From assembly GCA_002269645.1 (NCBI GenBank), contig NIVC01000010.1, forward strand, positions 1,798,001-1,862,000: a DNA stretch of 64,000 nucleotides. The letters run 5' to 3'. The notes beneath the pieces were generated by a model, which saw nothing but the letters and a program-made list of their open reading frames with translations, had not been told where the DNA came from and did no database searches. Numbering within the stretch: position 1 is the first letter of the stretch; each line of letters opens with the position of its first letter. Both the position numbers and the translations under genes were made by a program. Below are positions 1-12,973 of this stretch, in pieces. This DNA comes from Macrostomum lignano. Its lineage: Eukaryota.

Positions 1-3000
1 GCTGGCCAAAGGACATGCTTGTTGCTAGATTTTATAGGTCCACTTTATTGAGATGGCATAGATATGTTTTTATGCAATATTTACATTTGGCTTTTTTTTA
101 AAGAACATACTTACCAAATTTAAAATGTATATACTTCAATATTTATTTTCAAATTATGCCAAGAAAGTATATTTCAAGAAAATATACATTTGTTCATTAG
201 TATTATTATTATTTTTATAGTTTCTAAAAGCCTGATTTACCAAAGTATCCTAATTTTATTATAGGAAGCTCAAATAAATATGATTTGCAAAATTGACTAT
301 AGAGTAATTTTTGGCATTTAACATTTCTTGGCATCAACCTTGACTACAGGCTTACTCTAAAACCCCATTGTGAGGCTGTTATCACCAAATGCAGAGCACT
401 TATTGTGCTATGGTGCTATGGTACAAACAGAGAGAGTGGGCCATCTCTGCACCTCTAATCTAGCCTACACTAGCAAAGAAAGCAAAAAGAACATTAAGCA
501 ACAACAAAGGAAATGAACAACAAACAAAAAAACTTGCCAAGAAGAGTCAGAATGGCATCCAAGCTAAATCCACATAGTAAATTGTTGCATAGGTCCCACA
601 CTGTGGATAACCTATAGATGCCAATTTCAGCCAGGAACCCACATTGGGCCTGCAGACCCTAACCTAGTAGACCTCAAAAGGCTCTTAATCTTGTACCAAG
701 CAACAATTGCTTTTCTGTGCTTTTGTCAATAGTTTGATTTTTTTTATATACCCATGAAAAAATCATGCATCCCGTGTCTAAACCCAATTCAAATATTTCT
801 TCTACTTTCACTATTTATACTAGCATCTAGAGAAGAAAGCCATTATAAATGATTATTAAAATGACAAAAATAAAAGTTTAAAAGAACGTCACCATTTGGG
901 CTGGAACAGTGCATAGGCTCACTCTTATCTATTATCAGGCTCTCAATTAGCTGTACTCACAAATATCTATTAAACAAAATAAATAGCTTTTACTACCTTT
1001 ATACTACATTTTTACTTCCAATTTTTTTTATACAAAATAACTATTATTGCAAACCTTCAAATAATGCTCATTTTAATAATTATAAATATGTATATTGCGG
1101 CTAAGCCCCCCCCCCCAAGGGCTGACCTATAACCTTAAATTTTTAAGGTCAATGCATATTAACAACAACAAAGTCATTTGATTAGAGCTATTAGAGTTGC
1201 ATTGGATGATACCAATGGTTGGCATTGGCACTAATGCTATGAAATTGCTTTGAGACCATACTACAAAGCAAAGCTCTATTATATAGGCATTAGTAATTAT
1301 GACTAAAACAGAATTAAGGTCTACTATTTTTACTTTAGGAACCAAGCAACAAAAATATGATTCAAGCAAAGCCATTGATTCTAGGTTTTTTGTTTCATAG
1401 GCATGCAATGACATGTCAAAATTAAAAATGGCATAATGATTTTTTGCCATTATGTTATTGTCAAATTGCCAATGCTAAATCCCTGATTCCAAATTTCAGT
1501 TTTAACCATAAACTTTTAAATTTGTTCAAATATTACCTTGTTTGTTGTGATAGCTGCATTTTATCAATTTATTTGTTATGCCAATGGCATATTGAAATTG
1601 AAAATGACATAATGATTTTGATACTATTATGCAAAATGGCAATAAAAAACCTAGCATTGATCAATACTAAGCAAAAGTGTATCAATATATTTTGTAAAAA
1701 TTTCAATTTCAATTTCAAAGGTAAAAAAATATATATTTTGCATTGGTAAAATTTCTTGTCTAGCTAGATATGAATCTAGAATCATATTTATAGAATTGGC
1801 TATCTAGCAATATCATTCATTAAACTCACTATAGGGCATAGGCCTATGTACATTTTTAGCTATTGACAAGAAAATTTCCAAAAATAAATATTTTCATATT
1901 ATGCCAACATTTTAGAAAGGTTTTTTTCATTAAAATTCCATTCCTTATTAATCATTAATTGAGATGGCATAATTTATGTTGGGGCAAAAGGTTGTCCACT
2001 AGCCATTTTAAAATAGAAAGCACTTTATTTGCAATATTTGTTGCTTAGCAACAAAATATTTCTAATTCCAAACCACTTTTCTTAAAGCCCCTGGATTCAT
2101 AACTAATTTTGGCCATAGAGTAGAGTAGGACATAAGCAATCCATTGTTACATATGAAAAAAAGACCTTAGTCTAGCTATGGCAATGGGATTCGTGTACTA
2201 TTGCTGCTACAAAGCAAAGCTGCAATGTCCAAATTGCAATCTAATTCCTGAACTGATTTATCATTTGGCAATATATTCATGTATTCATGAATGATATAAA
2301 ACTATTACTAATAGTACTGGCACTTATCCAAAACAAAGGTATGAATAAATAGTTGTTTTCAATTTATTTTGTGTCTAAATAATAAATTTTACTAATGGTA
2401 TGATGCAATTGCCATACCAAAAAACATTTATTGTAAATGAATCAATAGGGCAGGATTGCTAGCTAAATAATGATGCATTTATTTGACTGCTGCCACACTG
2501 GCTAAATGGTAACAAACTTATTCAACCAGTGCCAGCTAAATAAGCATTGCCTTTTCTTAACGATTTCTAACAATTTGAAGGCCTCCTAGCAGTGTTGATA
2601 GACTTAATAGTTGGTTAATGGTCTTACTCTTAGCAAGAACTAAAACAAATTAAAACAAAAAGCCAAAATATAAGTCAAAGTGCTTAACTTCCTCTCCCTC
2701 TAACCAACTCATCCTTTTGGGCCATAGACATTCTTAATAAGCATCAGAGCTACATTGGACACCATAGTCCAGAAAACTATGAATACACGCTATAGCCAAA
2801 TAAAATCTCCCATAATTTTTTTTGGTATGCCACTATAGGCCTATGCCAAACTTTTTCCAACTCAAAATTGTAATCCCAGAAAAAACAAGCCTAATTACAA
2901 GCCTTGTTTCTGGTGATTTCAATGTACCGATTGACCTTTTTTTGCTCTTTTGTTTCACTTTTTTGGTTTTTTGCTGATAGGCCTACTCTTTGTAGCAAAA

Positions 3001-3566
3001 CATCAATACATGCCAAGATTTCTTTCATTCTTTCAAAATAATTACTTTCCATTTTTATTTACTATTTTTTTAAATTTGATTCCGTGGCAGTATGCCACTT
3101 TTTCATTATTCATTTTTATATACCAGTGTAGCCAAATAAAATGCCAGATTAAAAAAAAAATTGTACACTAAGTGTATACCAAAAGCTATGAGTCTGGATT
3201 GCAAAACCCCTCTTCTAGACTATGGATTAGACAACATGTGTGGGATTTTTATCTTTTTAAAAAATATGTACTTTTTATTTTGCAATTTAGTCTGAAGTGT
3301 ACTTTTCAGTTAGCCAACTCTCTTTGTCTACCACACTCTTCCTTATAGACAATCCTAACCATAAATTTACCACAGATAAGGCCCTAACCTATTTGCTAGG
3401 TCTATGTTAGTATAAATATAAGTTTAATTCACAGCCTAGGCCTTTCACTTCTTTTTGCCCTAGGCAGTTGTTATTTGTCTAGTGACCGTGACCGGACGTC
3501 GGATGAATAGCGATGTGGTTATTTGTCTGGTTACTAGATAATAGCCATGCTTTCTCCAAGGACCAC

Positions 3567-4121
3567 CCACAGCCAGGAAGACGGTAGAATCCTCGGAATT
3601 TTCCGGCGCAAATCAGCAATTTGCCGGCGCACGGCGCACACTTCACTGCGCCGCGCGCATGGGCTCGGCGCATCGGCGCATGGCTCGGTGCATCGGTGCA
3701 TGGCTCGGCGCATGGCGCACAAGGTACGTCAGTGTACGTGACAATATAATAATGATATTGTATATTAAATGTCAATCAATCAATAAAATAAACGATAGTC
3801 GATACGATAGTCGTTATTTCCAATGTTGTTTCTATTTCAAATTTCATTAATTGACTTAACAAACTTAACAAATTTGCGCCTTTCGCGGCTTTTGTTGCGT
3901 CTTTTTGCTTATATTTTGCAAATAGAAGCTATGATTGAACTGCTTGAACTTCCATTGGTATTGATTCAATTTAGATACTTAATACTTGATGGTGCTTTTT
4001 TAAGTGTATTTTTCTCAGCGCATGGCGCACAAGTAATTTTTTTTTCTCGGCGCACGCGGCGCACAACAAAAATTTTGATGGATGTTATTCCGGCGCACAC
4101 GCTGCACCTTCCTGACCATGG
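3567..4121. mobile_element. MITE with 8 bp TSD (hAT- or P-superfamily-like)
   Basis: Ends CCACAGCCAGGAAG / CTTCCTGACCATGG; exact 8 bp TSD AGGACCAC at 3559-3566 and 4122-4129; many subterminal GCGCAC/GCGCAT motifs. Confidence 0.7.
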
Positions 4122-4411
4122 AGGACCACTAGGCCTAGAAGACTTCTAGTGGTCCTTGGCTTTCTTATTTATCTAGTTAATACCAGATGAATAGGCTTTT
4201 TGTTATTTGACTAGTTAAATTGATAATGCTAGCTGAAAATATCTATTTTATAGGAACTATAAAGGTAAATATTCCTAGACCTAGACTTCAAAGACTTCTT
4301 ACTCGTATCTTGATTATTATGTTGTTACACTAATTGTCTAATGTATGTCTTTGTCTTTTATACCAAATTATGCTAAATTCAAATTGAATACACTGCTTTT
4401 TTATATGTATA

Positions 4412-4900
4412 CCTTAGTTGGGAAGGTGGCATAGTGTGCGCCAGAACTATTTTGATGGCTTTTGACCACTGTGCGCTGTGCGCCATGAAGAAAATATTTT
4501 GTGCGCCACAGCGCGCCATGATAAGGTAAGTCTAAGCCAAGGTAAGGTAAGGTAAGGTAAGGTAATTAATAATTCACTGGTAAACAAATTTGAATTTATG
4601 GTAGACAAATTTGAATTTCATTTATGTATTTTATATCGTGATCTATGTAATTTTAGTACTCTTTGATAGTATAACATTTTATTTTATGAATTATGGAATT
4701 AGGCCTGACACTATATATTTTGCAAAGTATAACAAAGTGTAACTATATATTTTTTCAGCGTCATGCACTATCGACTATGTGCGCTGCTAGAGCATTTCTA
4801 ATTTTTCCTTATGGGCCTACCTAGTGTGCACCGTATGTGCCAAAAAAGGGCCAATTTGCGCTGGAAAATTCACCAAAAACTGCCACCTTCCCAGCTATGG
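4412..4900. mobile_element. MITE of the same CCATAG..GGAAGGTGGCA family
   Basis: 20 bp TIR CCTTAGTTGGGAAGGTGGCA / TGCCACCTTCCCAGCTATGG (2 mismatches); internal GTGCGCC motifs; flanking 8-mers TATGTATA and TACATATA match at 6 of 8 positions. Confidence 0.65.
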
Positions 4901-5632
4901 TACATATACTAATATATAATAAAATATTAATCAATATATACATGATTTATGAAAAGGTCTTAAAAATCTAGAATATTCATCACAAAATAAATAGCAATTT
5001 ATATAGTTAGCAATTTAACTGGACAAATAGTAAAAATGCTTTTTGTCTGGTCACCAGATAACTAACAACTGCCTTTGCCCTACTGGCTACTCTAAAGATA
5101 GAAAAAATGCTTCAAAAAACAGTTGTTAATTTTATTGTTTTAATACCTTGGAATATTTCCAAACATGCTAAAATCAGCTTCTCAAGTGGAGAAAGTGTGA
5201 AAAAACATTGAAAAAATAGTTTAACAAACAATTTAAGAGAAGAATGCCAACTTCATGCATCAATCGATCAATGAAGAAGAATATTGTCAAGTTCTAATCT
5301 AGAGGACAACATTTTTAGGCCATAGTCTAAAGCTATACGTATAAAGCTTCTAATGGGCCAAGGCCTAGCCTAGCTGGGAGCCTGGGGCTAGCCCTAGGCT
5401 TGGCTACCTAGCTCACTAGCTGTAATTTGAACAGGCCTAAGATATAATAGGACTTAGCGAAGTTAGCGACTCAACTTCGAAGATTTCGGATCCTGAGAAC
5501 TCCAAGTGAATGTCTCTAATAAAGCTTTAAGTAATGTCTTAAGAAAAGTAGTGTTATTTATTCTTCGATATGACCCGACCCGTCACCCCGCCGACCTGTT
5601 ACGCCGTTACTAGGCCACCTCATATAACAACA

Positions 5633-8600
5633 ACAAGCTGTTGAAACCCGCGGAATTTGAACCCGGGGAATTCCAACCCCCGGAACTATTTTTGCATGTA
5701 TTCTGAAATCTGAGCCCATACTTAAACAAAAACTTTTTAACAGTTAGGAATTTAGGATAGAGTTAAACATAAAATAGAGTACATTCGTGTACAATTAGTA
5801 TTTGAAGCAAACATTAATATTGTTGGTTGGGGTGCTGCACAGAATGTCAGGCAAACTCATGGCCTCTGCCTCTCCTTGTGTCCCTTTGAAGTTGGATCCT
5901 TAGAAACTTCTATCTCTACCTTCTCTTCTGTTTTCTCTCTTCTCTGGTCTATGGTCTCTTCTCTCTCTCTTCTATCCCCTCTTCTCTCGTCTATTCCCTC
6001 TTATTATTTTCTCTCCTCTCCTCTCCTCTCTCGTCTCTGCTCTCTTATCTCTCCCTTTCTCCTGTTTTATCTCTTCCCATTTCTCTCTGCTCTATATTCT
6101 ATCTTCTCTCTGCTCTCTACTCTCTCTTCTCTCCGCTCTCTACTCTATCTTCCCTCTGCTCGATCTGCACTATCTTCTCTCTGCTCTCTACTATCTTCTC
6201 TCTGCTCTCTACTATCTTCTCTCTGCTCTCTACTATCTTCTCTCTGCTCTCTACTCTCTATTCTCTCTTCCCTCTCCCCTCTTCTCACTCCTTACTCTAC
6301 CCTCTCCGAACACTTCTCCTCTCTCCTTTCTCCTCTCCTCCCTCCTCTGTACTCTGTACTCTCTCGTCTCTCTGTCCTCTCTTCTATCGTCTCTTCCTTC
6401 ACCTCTCCTCTCTCGTCTTTGCTCTCTTATCTATCTCACCTTTCTCTTCTTTTATATTTTCTCTCTTATCTCTTCTCATTTCTCTCTGCATGCTCTCTAC
6501 CTCTATCTCTCCCTCTCTCTCCTCACCCCTCTCTCATCCTTTCCCCTCTTTCCCCTGTCCTCTCGATTCTCTCCCCTCCCCTCCTCTTTCCTCACTCACT
6601 TCTCTCTCTCTCTCCCTTTGTCTCACCTTTCATCTCTCATCTCTTATTTCTTATCTATCCTCTTTTCTCTCTACTCTCCCATCTCTCCTGTGTTCACTCT
6701 CGTCTTTGCTCTCTTAGTCTTATCTTCCCTCTCTCATCTGTCATCTTTACTCTCGTATACTCGTATGTTCTCACCTCTCTCCTCTGTACTCTTCTCTTTC
6801 CCCTCATCTGACTCCTCTCTCCTCTCTCCTCTCAGATATCGTGTTCACTCTCATCCCCTCTCTTTTCTGCCATCTGTACTCTCCAATCTTCAGTGTACTC
6901 TTCTCTTTACCCTCCTCTGATTACTCTCTTTCCTTACTCCTCTTCTCTTCTCTCTTCTATACTCTCTCCCCTCTATTCTCTTCTCTCGCCTTTCTGCACT
7001 CTGCTCTCTCCTCCTTCATCTCTCATCTCTACTCTCTTCTCACTCTTCTCTGCTCTCCTCTGTCATCGATCCTGTCTCATCTCTCCCATCTTCTATCTCC
7101 CTCTTCTCACTTCTACTCTTTCCTCTCTCTTCTCTCTCCCGGGTCCATGAGAATTGCCCGCAGACGAATTGCCCGCCGAGATTTGCCCGCAGGAGATTTG
7201 CCCGTGGAGATTTGCCCGCCGAGCTTTTCCCGCGGAGATTTGCCCGCAGTGCATTTTGCCCGTGAGCGAATTGCCCGTGGAGATTTGCCCGCCGAGAATT
7301 GCCCGCCGAGATTTGCCCGCAGTGCAATTTTCCCGCGAGTGAATTGCCCGCGAGCGAATTGCCCGCCGAGTTTTTTCCCGCCGAGATTTGCCCGCAATCC
7401 TTTTTCCTGCAGCGCATTTGGCCACGCGGCAGATTTTGTCTGCATTGCCTTCCCAATGCTTAGTACGTGTTAATCTTAATAAAGAGATTTACACGATCAA
7501 AACGTTTTGATAGTAACTGCATATCAAATGCATATTTTGGGGGGAGCAATGTATGGACAGAATCTAGCTGCCAAATGCGCTGCAAAAAAAGGATTGCGGG
7601 CAAACCTCGGCGGGAAAAAACTCGGCGGGCAATTCGCTCGCGGGCAATTCACTCGCGGGAAAATTGCACTGCGGGCAAATCTCGGCGGGCAATTCTCGGC
7701 GGGCAAATCTCCACGGGCAATTCGCTCACGGGCAAAATGCACTGCGGGCAAATCTCCGCGGGAAAAGCTCGGCGGGCAAATCTCCACGGGCAAATCTCCT
7801 GCGGGCAAATCTCGGCGGGCAATTCGTCTGCGGGCATTTCTCGTGCTCCCCTCTCCCCTCCTCTCGCTTCTTACTCCAATATTATCTGCTCACTCCTTAT
7901 CCTTACCCCATCATCTCTCTTCTTGTCTTCTATCTTTTCTCTTATCCTCCTCTCGCTTCTCCTCTCTTCTTATAGTCTATTCCTTCTCCTTTTCACTCTC
8001 ATCTCATCAGCCATGAGCTTGATTCTTTATCTGGCATTTGAGGTTAAAGTCTGTCAATCCCCGCTTCGAAAGCGTTTGTGGGACGTAGTACTCTCATAGT
8101 TGTTATGCTTTAATCACATCATATTTCTGGCCAATTAGCAGCCCTGAGAGGAATTTGTGTATCTCCCTCCAGCCCAGCTCCACCACCACAGTCTGCAGCA
8201 GTCTAGCAACCAAGGAAATACGTATTTCTTAGGAGCCATTTAAATTTTAAAGTACCTTATGCGAATCTTGATGTTAAAATTTTCATGGTGTAACTAATTT
8301 AGTAGGATTGCATTGTAATCACTACTAATCAGTTATTCATTAATTTTTCGCTATTTTTATAAACCATCCCACATCGCCTTGATTTGCCATCCACTGTTAA
8401 ACGGCTGCAGACTTGTCTATACAGAGGACAGTGGTTTGAATCTCTCGCTGAAACTGTCTCTCCTCTCCACGCCTCTCCGCGCGCGGGGTGCCGAGAAGGC
8501 TATTAAAAAGTTATTCCAAAACACTGTACATTCGCTAAGTACATTGAGCCCTATCGCCTGACCCTTCGTCTGGGCTGGGGGAATGAGTGAGTGAGAGGCA

Positions 8601-9171
8601 CAAACAACAGAAAAGCAGACAAAATTCACATGCTTACAGTTTCTGTCCTGATTGAGATACAGAGTTGAGACTTTACATGTAGACAGAGAATGAGTCAATA
8701 AAGAATTGTGTCAAATTTGAAGTCAATCGCTTCACGTGGAGCAAAACTATGGCAGCCGAAAGTTAGGCATTTTAAAACCTACTCACACCCTTTGCCCAGA
8801 TCGGGAAAGAGAGGCAGGCGGGCGGAGGTTGGGGTGGCTGCCTCGCTGAAAAAAACAGCCAAACTTTAAAAGTGCACAGCGCCGTTCAGGATTAACTTTC
8901 AGACTCGAAATTTTACATGATTGTGCCAAAATAGTTTAAGATTATCTGTGTCAAATTTGAAGAGAATCGGTAGAAGTGGAGCTGCGCTATGGAGGATTTA
9001 GTGAAAAAAATGCGCATTTTGAGCAGTTTTTTGCACTTTTAGGTAGGAAGACTCAAATTTAGGAAATTAAAAGGTAGCCTAAGACATTCTCCGTAGTAAG
9101 TTTAGGGTGGGTGTAAAGTTTGGTGTCATTTGGTTGAGCGGTTTGGGAGTCCATAGCGAAGTAATTTGTCC

Positions 9172-9204
<33 letters not shown>

Positions 9205-9228
9205 GTTTTGATTTTTATATGTATAGAT
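5633..9228 (+). mobile_element. Non-autonomous Helitron/HINE-like element, copy 1
   Basis: Colinear with 12974-15845 from ACAAGCTGTTGAAACCCGCGG to (CAGA)n-GAGTTTTGATTTTTATA; repeated TGTCAAATTTGAAG..AATCG modules and a terminal (CAGA)n tract, as in invertebrate non-autonomous Helitron-like elements; CT-rich core at ~5915-7990. Superfamily assignment is inference. Confidence 0.6.
7141..7850. mobile_element. Foldback element with ~300 bp arms built from ~15 bp GCCCG subrepeats
   Basis: Left arm ~7141-7440 is nearly the reverse complement of right arm ~7557-7850; GGG...CCC termini; CTCTCCC on both flanks (7134-7140, 7851-7857; low complexity); absent at the paralogous site near 14480. Confidence 0.75.
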
Positions 9229-11764
9229 AAAAGTGTTGAATCTAGTTCAAACTTGTGCTAAAACTTATTTTTTAAACAAATATTGTTCTTTAAAACTTTT
9301 TTTGTTTTTTAATTTTGGTTTACTTTTGATTTTAAAAACTAAAAAATTAAAAATATTTAAAATTTGCAGGCATTCAGAACTTGTTCATGATTTTTAATTG
9401 AGAATTTGAATTAAATAAAATTTTAAAGAAATTTTAAAATGACGACGACGAAGGCCTGACGACGGGTTGGCTGGATTGCTGTCTAGCCACAAAATCTTTT
9501 TGTTTAGTGCCTAGCCTAAAGGAAGCTAGGATCAAGCGCGCCATGAATTGCCAGTTATTTATTTTACGCAAAAGGTAAATTTGAATGGAAAGTGAGTTTA
9601 TGCAATTGATTACTATGGGACCTAACCGCTAACCCTGCTGCTGCTTCTGCAGCTGTGCTCTGCCTCTGCAATGAAAATCACCTTGAATACAAAGCAAATA
9701 TAATTTTTTAACTAGAAAGAGGAGTAAGTAATAATATTTTTATATCGGTGGAAGGATTGTAATATATTTATTCACAATTTAACCTTTATTGACATTGAAC
9801 TTGGACATTGGAAATGGGATAATATATAATATTAATGATTTGGCATTCCTTCAGTTTACAATCATTTTTCGACCCACATTTTGGTTCACAATCCCCATGT
9901 AATTTTTCATATAAATTATCATAGCTTGCTTGAAATAAACAGAAATTGTTACACTGAGTTTAGGCCTATTCGTTACATTAGCGGGTTAGGCCTAGAAAAA
10001 ACTGAATGGAATTAGGGAATAGCCGACAAATGGTTTCTTTTATGGCATGGCGATGACAAGGATCCTATATATCCACTTCGGTTTATGATCATTTAAATGG
10101 AAGCAATACATGTAAATGATCCTGAACCAAAGCTAGGCCTAGCATGTGTGTAAGGCCATACTAAGGCCTACTAAGGGCATTAGTGCATTAATTCAATTTC
10201 TAAAAATGAATTCAAGAAGACAATCCTATATATAGGGGTTCTAGTGAGGTTTTTGAAGTTTTATTTTCTTTTATAGTTTTTTTACATTGTTAGATAGATC
10301 TTTGTGACCAAAATCCAAAATGGCCTCACATTTTAGATTTGGCAAAGGAATAAAAACCAAAAAAGTTATGCCATATTTTACTATATATTTTTTTCGCAAT
10401 TTCCTATTGCACTTTTGTATTACAATTTGTGACCTTTTTTTGCAAAAAATACATAATTTTCGCATGTTTTTGCCTGTCATTCTTTTTTCTCTAGACTAAT
10501 TTCTAAAAGCTTGGTGTCATTTTTTGCTTTCTTTTCATACTTTATTATCTCTTCAAGCCTCTTAATCTGCTTATGATATTGTCTTGTTCAGTTAGTTGAA
10601 GTAGTGTGTCCAAGCACCCGAAATGATCTTTATTGGTTAATTTTTTTTTCTTCAATAATGATTTTGAAAATGAAATATATTTTGCTTGTATATGTATTAA
10701 ACAATGTATTAGGCCTAAACAGAGTTGGCATTGCTGACCAGGCGAATGCCAGGGGTCGCTTGTTGGGATTGTCTTATGCTGGGGTCAAAAAAATCCAGTG
10801 ACTTTCCAACAGAAGCCTCCATTGTTGACCCCCATACAACATAAATGAAGAATTTGCATCCACTATTGCATTGCCATCATCATGTCAAAAATGTGAGCAG
10901 AAAATTAGAATTTTTTGTTTCTCATCTGAAAAATAGCTGCTAAATTCCATTCATCTACTATAAGTAGACACAAATATACCACAACAAAATATAATTTTTT
11001 GACCTTGCGGAAAGCTTTCCTTGAAAGTGTCTCTCTCCCAGTCATTTAGAATCGCATGATGTATACAAAAAAGCTATAAAATCCTTGTAGCTGCATCATT
11101 CCTTTGACTGCAGCAGATTTTTCATTTGGCAATGACAATTTATATGTATTGATAGAAAATTTATATCTTCCTAATGGAAGGTGCTAAGGAGATGTGGTTT
11201 TTTGCTTTTGGTAATTTGAAGCCCCTATTTATGAAATCCAACGGCTTTTCCAGGTAGCTCTTATAATAACTCAATGAAAAGAAAGAATAAAATTTTACAT
11301 TGTCTGTATAGGGGCATTAAGAAAAAAGTTTTATCCCAATTTCCCCAAAATTCATCTTTTAGATCATTTTCTGTGTATAGTCAATGGCCATTTTGTTATA
11401 TTCATTCATTTAAAAGCTCAAATTTCAATTTGTATTTCATATCCCCATTTTTCACAAAGGACACATTTCTGTTTTTTTTTGTTTTTTGCTTCAACTTTCG
11501 GTGCCTATAACTTCTATTGTAGGGCATATTTCACATTGTTTCAATACTCATAGGAAAGTATATTTTGTATACTTTCAGACATATATTTTGGATTTACGAT
11601 TTACTTACTTATATCATTTAGTGCCTCTTTGATCCAATTTGCATAACACACATTTGTACATTTTTTTTCATTTTTGGGACACATTGTACGAAGCTCATTG
11701 GAACCCCTACTATATATCCACTTTGTTTTTTGATCATATAAATGGAAGATAGACCCTAGGCCTA

Positions 11765-12550
11765 TACATGTAAATGATCGTGAACCAAAGCTAGCATATG
11801 TGTGTAATGGGGTTTTGGTATTTTACAAGCTTTATCTAAAATTGATCACTATCTCAATACATGACTAGCTTTGGTTCACAATCATTTACATGTATTTCTT
11901 CTATTTAAATGATTGTGTACCAAAGCTAGGGGGTGTCAAAGACATATGTAGTCACATGTATATATTTATTTGTTTGACTGAGACTTATTGGCAATTGAAA
12001 TGTCATCTTGAGTTAATGTGCACTCCCAAGTAACTTGATGCTTTATTATTCTCTGCACATTGCCACCCCTACTCAGCTTCAGTTTGATCATTTAGATATA
12101 AGCAATACATGTAAATGATCGTGAACCAAAGCTAGCCATATATTGAGATAGTGATCAATTTCAGATAGAGCTTGTAAAACACCAAAACCCCCTTACATAC
12201 ATATGCTAGCTTTGGTTCACAATCATTTACATGTATATCTTTCATTTAAATGATCGTAAACTGAAGTGGATATATAGGATCATCTTCTTGGGGAAATTGA
12301 ATTCATGCACTAATGCCTTTATACACATACTAGCTTTGGTTCATAATCATTTACATGCATCTTTTCCATTTAAATGATCGTAAACTAAAGTGGATATATA
12401 GGATCATCTTTTTGGATTCATTTTTGGAAATTGAATTCATGCACTAACCACCTTACACACATGCTAGCTTCAGTTCACGATTATTTACATAGATTGCTTT
12501 TGTTCAGATGATCATAAACTGAAGTAGATGTATAGGATCATCTTTGGATT
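11765..12550. repeat. Cluster of 130 bp hairpin units with 30 bp inverted ends plus ~125 bp tandem derivatives
   Basis: TACATGTAAATGATCGTGAACCAAAGCTAG at 11765-11794 with its inverse at 11865-11894; second unit at 12106-12235 whose loop is the reverse complement of the first; related copy at ~10060-10150. Confidence 0.7.
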
Positions 12551-12973
12551 CTTGGAACTGTGAAATAGATCACTGTAACCCCTTTACCTTCTTTTTTCAT
12601 TTGAACATGCAGCTAGTATTATGATAGATAAATAAAAAGGATTAGAGTGTTTGTCTACTGTTTTTTGCATTTTGATGAAATAAAAAAACAATTTTGTATC
12701 TTCCCTATCTTTCCAATAGGGATTGTCACTAATTTCAATGATTGTAAACCAAAGGAATGCCTTAATAACAAACTTGTGTTTTTTTTATAGAAAATATCTT
12801 TTTAAACTGACAACAGACAATCTGTGACAAAATAGGTCTTTTAGAATTTTATATTTAAAAAATTGAACAGAAACATTTTCAAATAGTATTAGTTATAGTT
12901 CTAGTATAAAAGATAATTTAAAATGCAAAGCCAATAAAATATAATAAAAAGTAGAGCCTAGTATATATATTAT

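Larger units (their letters stand above)
3463..5073. mobile_element. Non-autonomous Mutator(MULE)-like TIR element hosting two nested MITEs
   Basis: Imperfect ~25 bp TIRs GGCAGTTGTTATTTGTCTAGTGACC / GGTCACCAGATAACTAACAACTGCC (3 mismatches); 9 bp direct repeat TTTGCCCTA at 3454-3462 and 5074-5082. A 9 bp TSD with G-start TIRs is typical of MULEs. No transposase ORF. Confidence 0.7.

Noticed and set aside
1-3400. Short AT-rich ORFs and loose inverted similarities
   Set aside because: No motifs, splice structure or definable element ends; probably decayed repeats.
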